This document shows, in pieces, positions 12,203 to 25,700 of a stretch of 64,000 nt of DNA. The number at the start of each line of letters is the position of its first letter. The first letter of the stretch is position 1. The DNA comes from Camelus dromedarius (taxonomy: Eukaryota). Location: contig NC_087437.1 in the NCBI RefSeq assembly GCF_036321535.1, forward strand, positions 28,026,001 to 28,090,000. Reading direction: 5' to 3'. The notes below the pieces were generated by a model, which made no database searches, was not told where the DNA came from, and saw nothing but the letters and a program-made list of their open reading frames with translations. Both the position numbers and the translations under genes were made by a program.

Positions 12203-12397
12203 GTCTAAACAATTATATATTAAAGATACCTGGATCTGTTGATGTTTTGATGAGAGGGTAGTGACAGCTTATTTTAGCCAGACAAAAGCATTTACATTTG
12301 GTTAATCTGGTCCTTGAGATTGGCAAAGCGTCAGTATAAGAAAATACTCCAAATATGAGTGACTAAATAGTAATGGGAGAAGCATAAGTAAAAAAAA

Positions 12398-12500
12398 TGT
12401 GTATGTGTATATACATATATGTATACACATATGCTTATATACCAATATATTTTATATATAAATATACACACATACACATACATATATTTGTATACATATA
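12398..12500. repeat. Low-complexity (TA/CA/TG)n tract
   Basis: Directly visible. Confidence 0.8.
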
Positions 12501-13645
12501 CCAAATCTCAATATAACAATATGTATTTAAAAATAATTGTGGAAAAATAAATTATTGAGTAATGAAATAGGGTAAGTTTGAAGATGTTTTATGTGAAATA
12601 AATTGTTTTTTTTTAACTGTATGTATGCCTCTAAATGGAAACTCTGAAACATTATAAATTCAATAATTTAAAAAAAGTCTTTCCAAAGTCTTTTGTTGAA
12701 TCCTTCCATGACTGGTGTTTGACATCATCCTCTACCTACCTCAAAGGATGCTACAATAGAAAAATTTAGTGAATAAAAGTAGTCCAGTGTTAATCAGAGT
12801 TCAGCGTACTAAAAATATTTGCTTAACTGAATCAGCATGTTATTACATGTGATATTTTCACATAAAACAAGCAAAATCATTACCAAATAATATGAATGGA
12901 TATGGATTTTATGAGAACAGAGGTCCAGAAGCACAATTCATATACCATTATTATGTATATTTTATTAAATTTATAGCTGATTATTTCATATTTAAGGCTG
13001 TTGCAAATTGCAATATTTCTTTTTTGTAATTTTCATCTTCTAATTATTCACATTGGGAATACAGAACCACAGTTGGGTTTATATATTGATCTTGTATCCC
13101 AAAACCTTGCTTAATTCACTTTTTAGTTCTAATAGCTTTATATTAGATGATTTATTATTTTCTGCATAGATAATCCTATCATCTGTGAGTAAACAGAGTT
13201 TAATTATTTCTTTCCAAACTGCATGCCTTTTATGTCTCTTTCTTGCCTTACTGCATGTCTAGGGCCTCCAGTATAATGCTAGGAGAGAAAAAAGTTGTGA
13301 TAATGGATACTCTTGTGTTTTTTTCCACTGTTAGTGGGAAAGTATTCAGTTTTTAACTGTTGGATATTAGGTCTATTATTTGATTGTTCCATATAAGGTC
13401 TATATTTTATAGTTGCTTTTTATCAGATGTATATAATCTTCTACTTCAAGTTTGCTTAGTGACTTTGGGAAAAGAAAATAATTGTTGAATTTTGCCTAAT
13501 ATGATTGCTACATAAATTAAGATAATTATGGTTCTTTTCTCTTAATTCAATTTCTGGTTGATTAATCTACAAGGTTAACCAATTTTTGTACTCCAGAGGT
13601 ATATTACACAATAGCATGCGATATTTTGTATATACTACTTTTTCT

Positions 13646-14929
13646 TTCTTTCTTTTTTTAAAAGAACAGATTTTTTTAATGCAACTTAGAGACTCAGTTG
13701 TGTTCCTTAAGTAGGCAACAGGGTGCATGACAGTCACTGAATGCTTATGTAAATTCAGCTCTATATTTTTATCAACTGATCATCATGACTCCTTTGCTCT
13801 CTGCTGAAGAAAAAGAGAAAGCATAGACGTTGTGGCAAGTGGGATTTAAAAATGCACAAAAAAGAACACAGTACAGAGTGCCCTCGGGTTAATCCCCACA
13901 ACAAGACTTGCACTGTAGCATTTCATTACATCTACTGCCAAGTCTATTTATTTTGATAAAGATCTTCAAGAGACCCCTAGACTGTCCCACAGCATGTAAA
14001 GCATCTGGTCTCACTCGCTTTCCTTCTTACTAGCTTTTTAAGTGTGATATCTCACTCAACTTTGATGTTCCAGTTTGCTTTATTCTTTTCCTTTCGACTT
14101 ATTGATCACTGATAATTGAATCATAATTACTTCTGGCAGCCTACATGTGTTACTGCATGTTGCAATTACCTGATGTAATCTGGGCTTCTAATTTTCCTGG
14201 AAAGCATAGAGTATCAGCAGTAGCTACTCCAAAAAGTAACAAAATAAACACGAATATTCGCTACCCACCTCTTCTTGACAAGACTTCCGTTTGGCTGCAT
14301 ATTTTAAATGCAAATATGCATATTTTGAATAAATCTGCATACTTGAAAATTCAAAGAAAGACAAATACTGTACGGTATCACTTGTATCTAGAATCTAAAA
14401 TATACAACAAACTAGTGAATATAACAAAAAAGAAGCAGACACAGATATACCGAGTAAACTAGTGATGGTTGGGGTACAAAATAGGGGTGGAGGAGTGGGA
14501 GGTACAAACTGTTGAGTATAAAATAGACTACAAATATTACTGTATAACATGGAAAATTTAGCCAATATTTTGTAATAACTATAAATGGAGTATAACCTTT
14601 AAAAATTATACAAAAATATTTTTAAAAGATACAAGTTAGATAATGTTTGTTTTTTAGAAAAAAACAACTAAAAAATCAGTAAGTGTGGTCAAAAGAGAAA
14701 GCCCACTTACTATTTTCATTAGGCCACCTTTCTGTAAGATTTGGTAATTTTTGCTGGAATTTCTCACGATGGTTTTCCAAGAAAATCACATTTTCCTACA
14801 GCATCCTCTCTAAATTTCCCGAGTTGGCTAGGTTGAGATAATTCAAAAGTCCTCAGTCACCATCACACCAGAACATCATATTTTGCTTTATTTCCTCTGC
14901 TGAAGATGCTGAAGGTGAGACATTTTAAA
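13646..14929 (-). pseudogene. Unidentified retroposed mRNA 3'-UTR-like fragment (or 3' transduction)
   Basis: T-rich tail to 13659, minus-strand ATTAAA at 13675-13680, 14-bp TSD ATA(C/T)TACTTTTTCT at 13632-13645 and 14930-14943. Confidence 0.65.
14352..14625 (+). mobile_element. 5'-truncated L1 3' end inserted in the retroposed fragment
   Basis: AAAGACAAATACTGTACGGTATCACTT...GAATCTAAAA...AGCCAATATTTTGTAATAACTATAAATGGAGTATAACCTTTAAAAATT, typical L1 3' UTR. Confidence 0.75.
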
Positions 14930-15298
14930 ATATTACTTTTTCTGTATTAGTAATTTGCTAATATTTTGCTCAAGATTTTTATCTATGTCCATGAGGAACA
15001 TTGATGTGTATTTCTCTTTTCATTATAACGCCCTTTCTGCTTTAGTATCATGATGTTGCTGGCCTCCTAAAATAAGTAGGAATACCATTTTGTGAGAAAG
15101 TTTGTATAGGATTCGTAATAATGTTTTCCTTAAATATTTGAAAGAAAATCAAAGCCATCTGGGACTTCAGTTTTCTTTTTGAGAAGATCTTTAATTATGA
15201 ATTTAATTTCTGCAACAGGTATAGAGCTATAACACCTTGCTTTTTTGAGTGTTAGTCCTTTGTATTTTTGTATTTTTTTTAAAGGTGGTCTACTTAGT

Positions 15299-15610
15299 TG
15301 TAGACAATTTCTAAAACGACTTCCCATCTCCTGCTCTTTACACACGTGTGTAATCTCATCCCTTTGTATGAGCTGGATTTAGTGTTTTCCCTTTTAGGGA
15401 TAGCATATGGCAAGAGTGAGGGGATGGCACTTCCAAGATTAGGCAACTTCTCTCCTCCTGGCTCTCATTCTCTCTGCGTTGCTGACTGTAATGAAGCTAG
15501 CCATCCTGTTGTGAGCTGCCCTATGAAGAGGCCCCCATGGTAGGGATCTGAGGGCAGACTTCCCTCAACAACCAGCATGAATCTAAAGCCTTTAGCCTAA
15601 CAGCAAATTG
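15299..15610 (+). mobile_element. MLT1-type (ERVL-MaLR) LTR fragment
   Basis: GAAGCTAGCCATCCTGTTGTGAGCTGCCCTATGAAGAGGCCCCCATGG...CTGAGGGCAG resembles MLT1F/G. Confidence 0.65.
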
Positions 15611-18331
15611 TGCCAAGGGAATTCGTAACAGGCAGGCTTTGGATGAGCAGATGTGGTGACAGATGGCTAATTTAGGAATCACAGTGGATCCTTAAGATCT
15701 GTGACTCTTCCTCTTGTGAGACTACTTGGGAATGAAGCCACACTTTACCTTATGTCACATTCTTTCTCCTAACTTTAGCAGATGGCTTCCTCATAGAAAA
15801 GCAATGTGAAGTCCAGTCCTAAGGGTGCCATAAATTTCTCTACTGGAGCAGGAAAACATTGGTAATAAAGTTAAAAGATGACAGATGATCATCAGGGCTG
15901 GAAAAATATTTTCAGGGATGATAAATTGACTACTCAAAGTCTTGGCTCCATTGAGACTAGTTAATAAGTAATAGTGTAATCAAATTATAATATCTGTCTT
16001 TGGCCCAATGTGGGAGGATTGGCACCTTCTGAAAAGTATTATCTTAGAAAGTAAGCATTTTCTTAGTTACATTGGGAGAATTTGAAGGTTTTCAGCTTGA
16101 GGTCTTTTTCAAAAAGATTACTTTTCTCAAAAAATAGCAGCTATTCTATGTATATTTGTAGGAATAGATAAAGGATAGAAAATTAGATGTATAGAAACTT
16201 TCATATGGTTTGGGGATGAGAGTAAGCAACAAGTCAATCTCAGTTGCCTGCAGCACTGAAATGGTATTGTGTCTGTGAATCTAAGATAGTTCCACTGGAG
16301 ATACCATATAGGTCTTGTTTTTTCATCTGATCTGACAATCTCTGGGGGTTGTTTTTTTTTTTATAGAACTTGGTCCATCCATAATCAATGGAGTTACTGA
16401 TACCACTGGAATTATATATGCCACTTGCTATTTGTTTTCTATATGGCTTGAATGATTTACCCTCTGTTACTTCTGAATGCCTTATTTTGTATCTAGCAAA
16501 AATTTGTGTGTACCAGTTAAATCCTCCACTGATGACTTAACTATGTTTCAGTTATTTTCTTTGTGTTTGCTCTGTGAATATGCACCTTTACTTTATCACA
16601 GTCTACTCTGGTTAATACTGACTAAAATATGGCAACTTTGCTACAATATAGCTCAATTTTTCTCTTCTTTCAAATAGTCAGTGTTATATATTTTATATCT
16701 GTATATGTAATAAACAGAAGCTAAAAGAGAAAAATATATAAGTATGTACACACAAATAAGTTGAAAGTAAAAGGACAGAAAAAGATGAATCATGAAAACA
16801 ACAATCATAAAAATACTGAATGGATCTAATAATATCAGGCAAAATAGACTTTAAAAAAAACATTAGAGACATAGATATCTACACAGAATCTTTTATGTTT
16901 TCCAATATATTTACAATTTCCAGTGCTCTTCATTCCTTCTTGTGGATTTGGGTGACAATGCTGTATCATTTTTATTCAACCTGAGGGATTTCCTTTAGTA
17001 CTTTTTGAAGGGCAGGTTTGCAAGCAACAAAGTCTGTCAATCTCCATTTACCTATTGATGACTTTATTTTGCCTTCATTTTGAAGGATAGTTTTTCTGGA
17101 TATAGAATTCTTGCCTGACAGTATATTTTCCCCTCAGTATTTTGTATGTCATTCTACTGCCCTCTGGTTTCCTTATCTTTGATGAAAAATCAGCACTGTC
17201 CTTGAGAACAGATTTGCTTTAGTCTCATGTGTAATTAGGTGATTAATTGCTTTTTTCTTTTGAAGGAGTACAAAATGACATAAACTACTGTGAATTTTAA
17301 ATGTATTTTGTCACTTATTCCTCAAAAAATCCTATGATATAAAAATTATTATAGTGATTCCAGTATACAGATGAAGCAGCAAGGCAGAGAAATACAATGT
17401 AACCTACACAAAGTCACTTTATTAACCTTAAAGACAGCTAAACCTTGCCTTGCATCTCTGGAATCCTCATTCCTATTAACTCTGATAATTCATGACTGAC
17501 TAGAAATCCAAGGTAGCAACTGTATTCTTAAGATATCATATTTTAATTTTATTAAAACCTGTTGATACTGCCATTTGTTCCCAGGTACATCACTATATCA
17601 CCTTTTCTCTCTAACTCTGAAAAGACTAACTCACTTTCTCTATCTGCTACACACAATTTCTTTAGAACCACAGATTTATAACTAGAGTTATAACCATAAC
17701 TAATCACCATGGAAGCTGAGAGCATCATCATGTATAAGGCCTTGAGCTTAAAACTAAACTAACATAAAGCTCTTACTCGGTTGACATGACAACAGAATCC
17801 AACAAGTCTAACATGTCTGTTTTCATAGATTATAACTGTGCAGAATGGAAAAGAGAAGAAAATCAGGATACTAGTTAAAATTGACAAATAAACTGATGGT
17901 GGTTTTCTTGAACAGAAACCCTACAGTAATGTTTTTATATTTCCACAGATTGGAAAATCTACAGTAATAAACCCTACAGTTACGTTTTTATATTCCCTTA
18001 ACTGAAACCTTGCTCTTCATTGAAGTGCCCTGGAGAAAACAAAACAAAACAAACAAAAAACCATTAGATTCATCGTAGGTACAGACCAAGGGGCAGCAAA
18101 GTCTGTCTCCAATCAACAGTTTCTGACTTACTTGGACACCCGTGGTTACCTGGAGAATTTGCACCTCACGTTATATCAGCACATTCTGAGAGAAAATTTT
18201 GAAAGCAACATTATGAAGTTCATGTATTTTGGCTTCTTTTGTTCTAACTGCTTTGAAAGACTAGATTAAAGGAACGTGGGGAAAAGACTGATATAACTTT
18301 GACAAATGAGTATACAAATGCTTATTTATTT

Positions 18332-18900
18332 GTATTATCAGGGTTCAGACAGGAACTTGAAGTGATGCTAAGTGTATTAGAGGGAATTTGGTTTGGATAG
18401 TTGTTTACATAGGCATCAAAAATTCAAAACAAAACAAAACAAAACACACAACTAATTCCAGAGATTTGTAACTACAAGCAGCCGCCGGCACTCCTAGGAC
18501 TGGGTGGCAAGAGGGAAGTGGTAGTGATGGGAACCCAGGTGCGCAAAAGAAGGGCTTTCGCACACCTTGGTGCTCGGTCCTCTCAGCAACACCACTTGCC
18601 TGATGCTGATACTGTAGGTGCTTAAACCTTCAGCAGGCAGTGGTCTAGCTCTTGCTGGGAGTTCAGAAAAATGCTAGAGCTGGTTTGTTTTTGGCTATTA
18701 GAAGGCTACCAAAAGGAACCAGAAGTAGGAAGAGGAATCCTTTTTCATCTTTCCCATCTTTCAGTCTCCTGTTAGTGCTTACTATTGGCCAAAACTAACC
18801 AGTGTCCAGAAGACAGTGTGGTTTGGAAACAATCTGTAGAAGTCCATAACATTACAGAGAAGACTATAGAAACTGGTTTATATCAGAGATACAGTAGTAT
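18332..18900. mobile_element. Old MaLR (MLT1-like) LTR
   Basis: Begins TGTATTATCAGGGTTC; contains CTATTGGCCAAAACTAACCAG, typical of MLT1J/K/L-type elements; boundaries approximate. Confidence 0.5.
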
Positions 18901-21203
18901 ATTGCTAACTATTATAAAAATAATTTAAATGTAATATATTGCCACAAATTGAACACAAATGGAAACAAATGAACCTAACCATATATCATATTGGTAAAGT
19001 TACACAAAGAATGAATTTCTGATGATTTTATTGAGAACTTGAATCAAGTGGATGAATTTAAGGTAGAAAGTACTGTAAAGAAATTTAAATCATCTCTAGG
19101 TGATTTTATTTATTGTAGTAAGTTATTATTAATATTTTGAGACAATTTCAATGTAAAGCAAATGTGAAATAATTATCAGCAAATAAAATTTTCAGAATAA
19201 TAAAGATACACAGCTAAGGAGTGGTAATGCAAGTCCAGGCTGTCCTGCTCTAAAGAGAATACAGGGTAAGTGTGCACAAAGATGTAATTCCACATTTAAG
19301 AAGTAGATTATTCATTAGTAATAAAAAATATTATGACAGAACAAGATAATTAGCCATGTGCTTTGGTGAGTTAATTAACCTCTCTGTGCAACAGTTTCCT
19401 CTTTTAATACGTAGAGTGTCAATTCATCAAAACTTGTGAGGAGAATTAAATGAGAAAACCATATTATATCAATAATGTTAGCCATAATTATTATTATTGC
19501 TACTGATAAGTTTATTTACCTGAAGAAACCAAGACTTCTGGCATGTTCCTTAAAAAAAAAGACCTCAAGTGACTTCCTGAAATGGTAAAAACTTAGTTTC
19601 TAGGGAGGTTCAATGACATGTGAAACAGATGCAACCCATTTCAGGGACAGTAAACATCATCACTGGAAGTAAAATCTCACCACAAGAGAGTAAAGCAAAT
19701 TCTAAATTACTGGGTGTTCAAACAAGCATAATCAAGAATTTGCACAAGTAGAAACATCAAGTCAGGTTGCTGGGTGACTACGGGTTTGTTGCATTAATTT
19801 CTAAAATCTACACTAATATTATTATTATATTGCTTCTACACACACAATGAATGCATAGAAAATACGAAAAATACCTGTCCAAGTTAACTGTTCTCTTAGT
19901 ATGCTGCTTTAAAAGCAGTATACTCCATGGAGTACTTTAAAGTTTTTATTTCCCTTTTTTGCATATCAATGGTTTCTAATTTTATAGTAAGAAAGAATAC
20001 TTCAGTAATGTAAAATGAAAATAAAATGCTTACTTAAAAAGCTATATGCAGTTATAAAAATAAATACATTAAGGAACAATCCTGTACTGTTAAATTTAAA
20101 AATCACTATAAACTCACATATATATATAATCTTTAAAATCTGTATTTTCTAACTCTGTACATTAAAGTAGCCTAGTATCAATGAATACATGCCAGTTTTT
20201 TTCTGTTTTTATTCCCTGCTAAAGGAAACCAAGGCTCCTTGAAGAAATGGTTATCTGCAGGTTTCAGGCAGAAAAGATATATGTGTATAGAAAAGAGATA
20301 CAGCAGGAAATACACTAAGGTGTCAATGTAGGGATCTCGGCAAGGTAGAGATGTTTGTTATTATTATTCTCTTTGTGTTTCCAAATATTCTTGTGTGTGG
20401 GGGGACTCAAAAAGATTAAAAAAGTTTTCTATATACATTCTTAGCTACCTAGATTTTTCTGGCTCCAGTATTTAAGATATATGACGTTGGCCCAGTTTTT
20501 TAACCTTCTAAAAACTCATTTTACTCATTTATGGGAAAACAATAATACTGATCTCATAGATTTATTGTTTGAACTGGTTTATATGTAAATGACTAGCATA
20601 GAGCCTGGATCACAGAGTAAGTGATTTATAAATGTTCACGATTACTGTTATCATTACTCTTGTCATTATTTCTATAATTCCTCTCTCAAAATATCAGACT
20701 TAATTGGTAAGATTTCTATTTTCTGCAAGACAATGTAAATTCTGTAGAGGAAGAGATGACTATATTTTTCCTATACTCTCCTTTTAAAAATATGTTCATT
20801 TGTTTTCCCCTATTCTTTGTTAAATTACTTGAAAACAAAGGTTTTGAATCCTATATATTTTCTATGGACTATTTTATTAGCATTAAAGGATTTCCCAAGT
20901 TAGTGCTCAATACAGGTTTTGTTTGCTGGAATAGAAATGAGTGTGGTAGCTGACAGAACTTGCCCAACTTTCCTATTACTCACTGAATCTTCAATCTGTA
21001 CTCAGCATGATTGTATCTGGATAAGCAGGAAAATGTAAACCTTATTATGCCAACCCTTAAACTGAGTGAGCAACTCTATAGTCAAAAATAAGATAAAGTT
21101 TCTGGGTGGAGCTGAAGCACACTGACTACTAAGTACACTATTCTGGCATTTCATTTGAGTGACTTCCCATCTTTCTGAAGACAGAGGAGGATAGGAATTA
21201 CAT

Positions 21204-21342
21204 ATGGGGAGAAAATCACTGTACTGTCTAATAACCATGGGGGTCCTTTTAGCATATTATGTTTATACACCTCTCCCAGATAATTTTGGGGAGCCACGGA
21301 GAATGATATGGTTGAACACAGGTGAAATCTATAGCACATTTG
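21204..21342 (+). pseudogene. AADAC: AADAC pseudogene exon 1 remnant (signal anchor), frameshifted
   Basis: Encodes [39 protein letters not shown], then shifts frame to VKSIAHL|gttaag; matches the AADAC N-terminus ([35 protein letters not shown]); 139 nt is not a multiple of 3. Confidence 0.92.
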
Positions 21343-21854
21343 GTTAAGTTTGGAATTTTATGAATTCAGATATGTATATGCAACCATTTGGTCTAGAGAA
21401 GGAAATTCCAAGATCTGCGCTTTTGTTTGATTGATTGAATGGTTCACTTTTAAAAAACAAGTGCTGCATCCTTTGTCTATTTACTGTTTAGAAATGTTGC
21501 TTCCTTGTTTGTTTTTCCTTTCTAGTTTATATGTCAGAATCATGTTTTCAAACATCAAGAAAAACAAGCAAGGAGGCATTTGAGCAACTTTTACTAAAAA
21601 AAACTTTGTTTACGTAGCATTAATGTCAACAGAGTGGCAGTCTGAAATTCTTAGATGTCATTTGGTATTTAATTTCATCAACAAATCAGAGATCTCTTAC
21701 TCTTAGTTATAGACTGTTATGCAATCATTTTGGGATCCAGAGTTAGACTAAGGGCACTTAAGTCCTCTCTAAGCAGGCTGGTTGGCTTGTGCCCAGGGTT
21801 AATCAAGAGAGACATGATATGCAAAAATGGAAGGAGGGAAGGACCCTAGGGTGT

Positions 21855-22327
21855 TGTGAACGAAAATACTGCAACCTTATCATAAACAAAGAATGCTGAA
21901 ACCAAGTCATCAACAGCTGCCACCAACCCCCAGTGAGGACAGGCCTGCAGTCCAACCTCTGCAGCCACTCACAGTGGTGCACCCTGAGGGGATTCAGAAT
22001 AAGAAAGGACAGGATACTGGCCCTAGATAGCTAGGTGCTTGTCAAAGGAATGAATTCAATGAGCCCAAATGTTTGCTTCCTCCGTTACAGAGAAAAGCAC
22101 TAAATTCTTTAACTTGAGATGCCTGGTTTTCTTTAGTTAACAAGTAATCTTATAATGTTCCAACTACCTGGTCTTTGTTGTAAAACTTCTACATATCCTA
22201 GCTCCTCCCCTTCCTCTTCAGAGCAGTCCCTCAGAGTGATCTGAGAAGCTGTCATCCCGGCTCGAGTTCTCCCGTCAAATAAAACTTAACTCTCAACTTT
22301 TAGGCTGTGCATTTATTTCAGTCAACA
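21855..22327 (+). repeat. 5' LTR of provirus
   Basis: TGTGAACG...GTCAACA; AATAAA at 22278-22283; followed by PBS. Confidence 0.93.
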
Positions 22328-22331
22328 GTTT

Positions 22332-22349
22332 TGGTGACCACAAAGGAAC
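22332..22349 (+). promoter_or_regulatory. Primer binding site, tRNA-Arg type
   Basis: TGGTGACCACAAAGGAAC vs TGGCGACCACGAAGGGAC (complement of a tRNA-Arg 3' end), 3 transitions. Confidence 0.8.
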
Positions 22350-22546
22350 CCAGAGCAGACTTCTCTCCTTCACCTGAACTCTACGAGGAACCAGAGCCTT
22401 GGTAACAGCAGTGGCCCTCTGTGCCCATCCACCTCCTCGCGGAGTCCAGATGAATTTGGGTGAGTCTCTCCTGGTTCTCGGATCTTCCATGTTGGTTGAT
22501 GATCCTGAGTTTTATCTGGTGGTGTATCCAGGTACTTGGCCCTCCA

Positions 22547-22732
22547 GTTGAAAGATACTGGGGGGAAATGCCCACCCAGTGGAGACATGCTGGGTGGGGC
22601 CTGGTGTTTTGAAACATACCGGGAAATACGCACCTTGAGGAGGTGTCCTAGGTGGTGCTGGTTGAAAGATACCAGGGAAATACCCACTCAGTGGAGACGT
22701 CCCGGGTGGGGCCTGGTTGAAAGATACTGGGG
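22547..22732 (+). repeat. ~55-nt tandem repeat in ERV leader, followed by a splice donor
   Basis: TTGAAA(G/C)ATAC recurs at about 22547, 22608, 22661, 22716; AG|GTAAG at 22751. Confidence 0.8.
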
Positions 22733-25700
22733 TCTGGACTGAGTGGTTAGGTAAGAGGCTGGTCTAACACTTTCCTCAATTTGGCTACCTCCATTGAACT
22801 TGTCAGGATAAAAGTAAAAATCCTATGAGGAACCTTTCAACTCCAAAAATGGGACCCTTCTCCTGACTGGCAACAGTGTTCTCAAGGGACTGAGAAACTT
22901 GCAGGAGTGGTAGCGGCAAAGACCTCATGTCGTGCAGCTGTCCCTGCGGGAAAACCTACTAGCGATTTTATTCTGACAACCCGACCTTAGAACGGGGAAT
23001 AGAACTTTCAAAACAAAAGAAAAAAAAATGACAGATTGCCAGCCTCCAAATAATACCCAAGCCAGGTTTATGTATGTACAAAACTTACAACTTTAATTGG
23101 GAATTAAAAAAAAAAAAAACTCACTCTGAAAATAACTAGCCAGGCCTGATAAAAACATTTTTTGGAATTCTGACCTTATAAAAACAAAAGCCCCTTTAGA
23201 GGGAACTGAACTTGGATTTCTCTTCCTGTGTCCTTGAAACAAATATTCTATCATTCTCTGGGCGTCTTGTGTGTGTGTATGTATGTATATATGTGTTTCC
23301 TTTTTTTAAAGGAAAACTTGGACTCTGCCAACCAAAACGTACAAGTATGGTGTACATATGGCGGCCAAGCAAATAAACTGGGATTCTCAACAATCCTTTG
23401 ATTGTACCAATTCTCAGGCATTTTGCCATCTTAACCATTGTTGTATCAGCCTGGACCACAAAGGCCTTCACCTTTTGGGGATTAAACTTTTGAACTTTAT
23501 TTAGGCGACACTCCCCACTCATGTGGAAAATCCTCTTCATTATTACTGGTTTAAAGTCACTATATATACATATATATATATAAAATTGATGGCCATATGA
23601 TGGATCCTTTAATTTGGAGAAACTTCTAAATTGGTGAAAGTTGAGAAAGCTCTCATTATAAACAGCTGTTTTATTGGTGCCTATTAAAATCAATTAAGTT
23701 TAAAGGTGGAAAAATATATCTAGTGGTTAACCTAAGAACTTAGTATTAAAAGGGGGGAAAGACCAGTTTGGAAAGCTACATCTGTGTTTTCCCTTTCCCC
23801 TCAATGTGTTTTAGAGATGCTAATAAAAACATTAGAATACTTAATGTTAATTAGGTTGAGTAACTGGAAAAAGGAATGTAAAAATGTCGAAAGATTTTTT
23901 TCTTAATGAGAAAAAAAATATTAAGGGACTTATCCCAAACCGATAAATATTTTTAGATGGTTATTTTGAATGGGATAAATATAATGGACATTTTGGATTA
24001 AGATACAAGGTTTTGATACTATACTACGTAAAGTTAAAAAAAAAAAAAAAGGCCAAAGAGATCACCTACTTGTCCCCAACATTAAAGTTTAAACAAGTCC
24101 GCTTTATTTACCCCAGTTTAAAATGTATATATTTACAGGGCTGAAAAATATATATATAGAGACTGAGATACTTGATCAATGATTGGGGCAACAGACCATT
24201 TAATCAAATTAAAAACTGACAAGGGCCTAAGTCCTTTGGCTCAAACTTGGGGATCCCAGAGAATTTTATATAAAATTAGATAAAGTGGACAAGAAATAAA
24301 AGAAAAAGGCTTCTGGCACTCCTTCTAGAAATAAGAATTATTGATTAAACCTAATAAGTATTAAAATTAAATGTATAAGAGTTAATAAAATTGAGATAAA
24401 AGCTTGTAAAATTGGTATATTTAAATGGGCTTTATATAAACCTCTTTTGCTTAAATATGTTGTAGGACATATATTTCAATGGAAAACCACTTCCCATTCT
24501 TGGTATTATAAGGCTGGGCACATATTTGTCCCTCAGAAAATATTAAACAAACTAAGGAAACCAAGAGTTGCCTGAGCCATCCAATATAAAGTAAAACTAA
24601 AAACTAATATTCAGAGGCTAATAAAAAAATAATAATAAGAGATATACCCTGGGTTTAACTTATAACTCAAGGAAAAGAGACTTTACTAAATGCCTTATGC
24701 CATCTTCTGAAGACATGATAAAGTAAACCTTAAAGTTTTAAAACATGGAATTCTTTGTTTAGATCTCTTCTCACTGATACAGAAAAGCAAATTAAGGAGA
24801 TACAATTGGGCCTAGGTGACAGACCAGTTCTTTGGGGAACTGGAAGCAACTGTCTTTGTCTTGCAGATCAGAAATGTAAATACAGCAGTGACCTCAGACT
24901 GAGCCGAATTAGCTCAACGAGGTAAAACTTAAGGCTAAAGAAATTTTTGGCGTTTTAGAATGCAGAACTCTGACGGGTCCTTCAGACTTTGTCAAGAAAT
25001 CTTATATGTCTTTTTCATAAATAGTAAGCCTTAGTGATTTGAGCAAGCAAATTCAGCTTACTCCAACTGTTATTTATAAGCAGTAAATTTATGGGGTGTA
25101 ATACCTAACTCATAAGTAAGTTTTAAAGTGATGCTATGAGATCTATAGCTTTTCTCTGTTTATAAGTCTGTGTACACATTATAGATATGAGATATTTCTA
25201 CTGCTAAAAAAAAAATCAAAATCAAAGAGCTCTGCTTAATTGTCTTAAAAATAAGAGCTTACAAATTAAATATTTCTAAAATAAAAACTGACCAAATTGA
25301 GTTTCAGGTTCATGTGAGCTGGAAAACATTCAATATTGTTAATACTTGCTTGGTATTAAGTTTAGTTGAAGTTTGTTTTAATTAATATAGGCATCTTTAG
25401 AGTCATCAATATTAAGTATAATACCTTTACTGTACCTAGGTTTAATGAAAGTAAAATAAGATTTGTTATATCTGTTGCAGATTTGTCAAAAATAATAGTA
25501 CTGTGGTGTGATAAAATTCTAAGTAAGTTAAATGCAAATGAGATGAGAGCTTTTGGGTAAATTCTTTATTTTTAGAAATGTATGCTTAAGATAATCTCTG
25601 TAAGTATTTGGTATCTTTAAATTCTAGAGTTGTGCTAAATTAAGTTAAATGATGGGAGTTTATTAAATAGCTATGTCATTTTCAGATAAAATAAGATTGA

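Larger units (their letters stand above)
12990..15270 (-). mobile_element. Ancient antisense L1 ORF2 remnant, split by the insertion at 13646-14929
   Basis: Antisense L1 phrases on both sides (TTGATCTTGTATCC...; TTTGCTAATATTTTGCTCAAGATTTTT) are colinear across the insertion. Confidence 0.65.

Noticed and set aside
22547..22732. CRISPR-like repeat array
   Set aside because: Mammalian DNA; whole units are degenerate tandem copies without unique spacers and lie in an ERV leader.
23196..23693. 165-aa antisense ORF in the ERV
   Set aside because: No recognisable domain; runs through dinucleotide repeats; likely chance.
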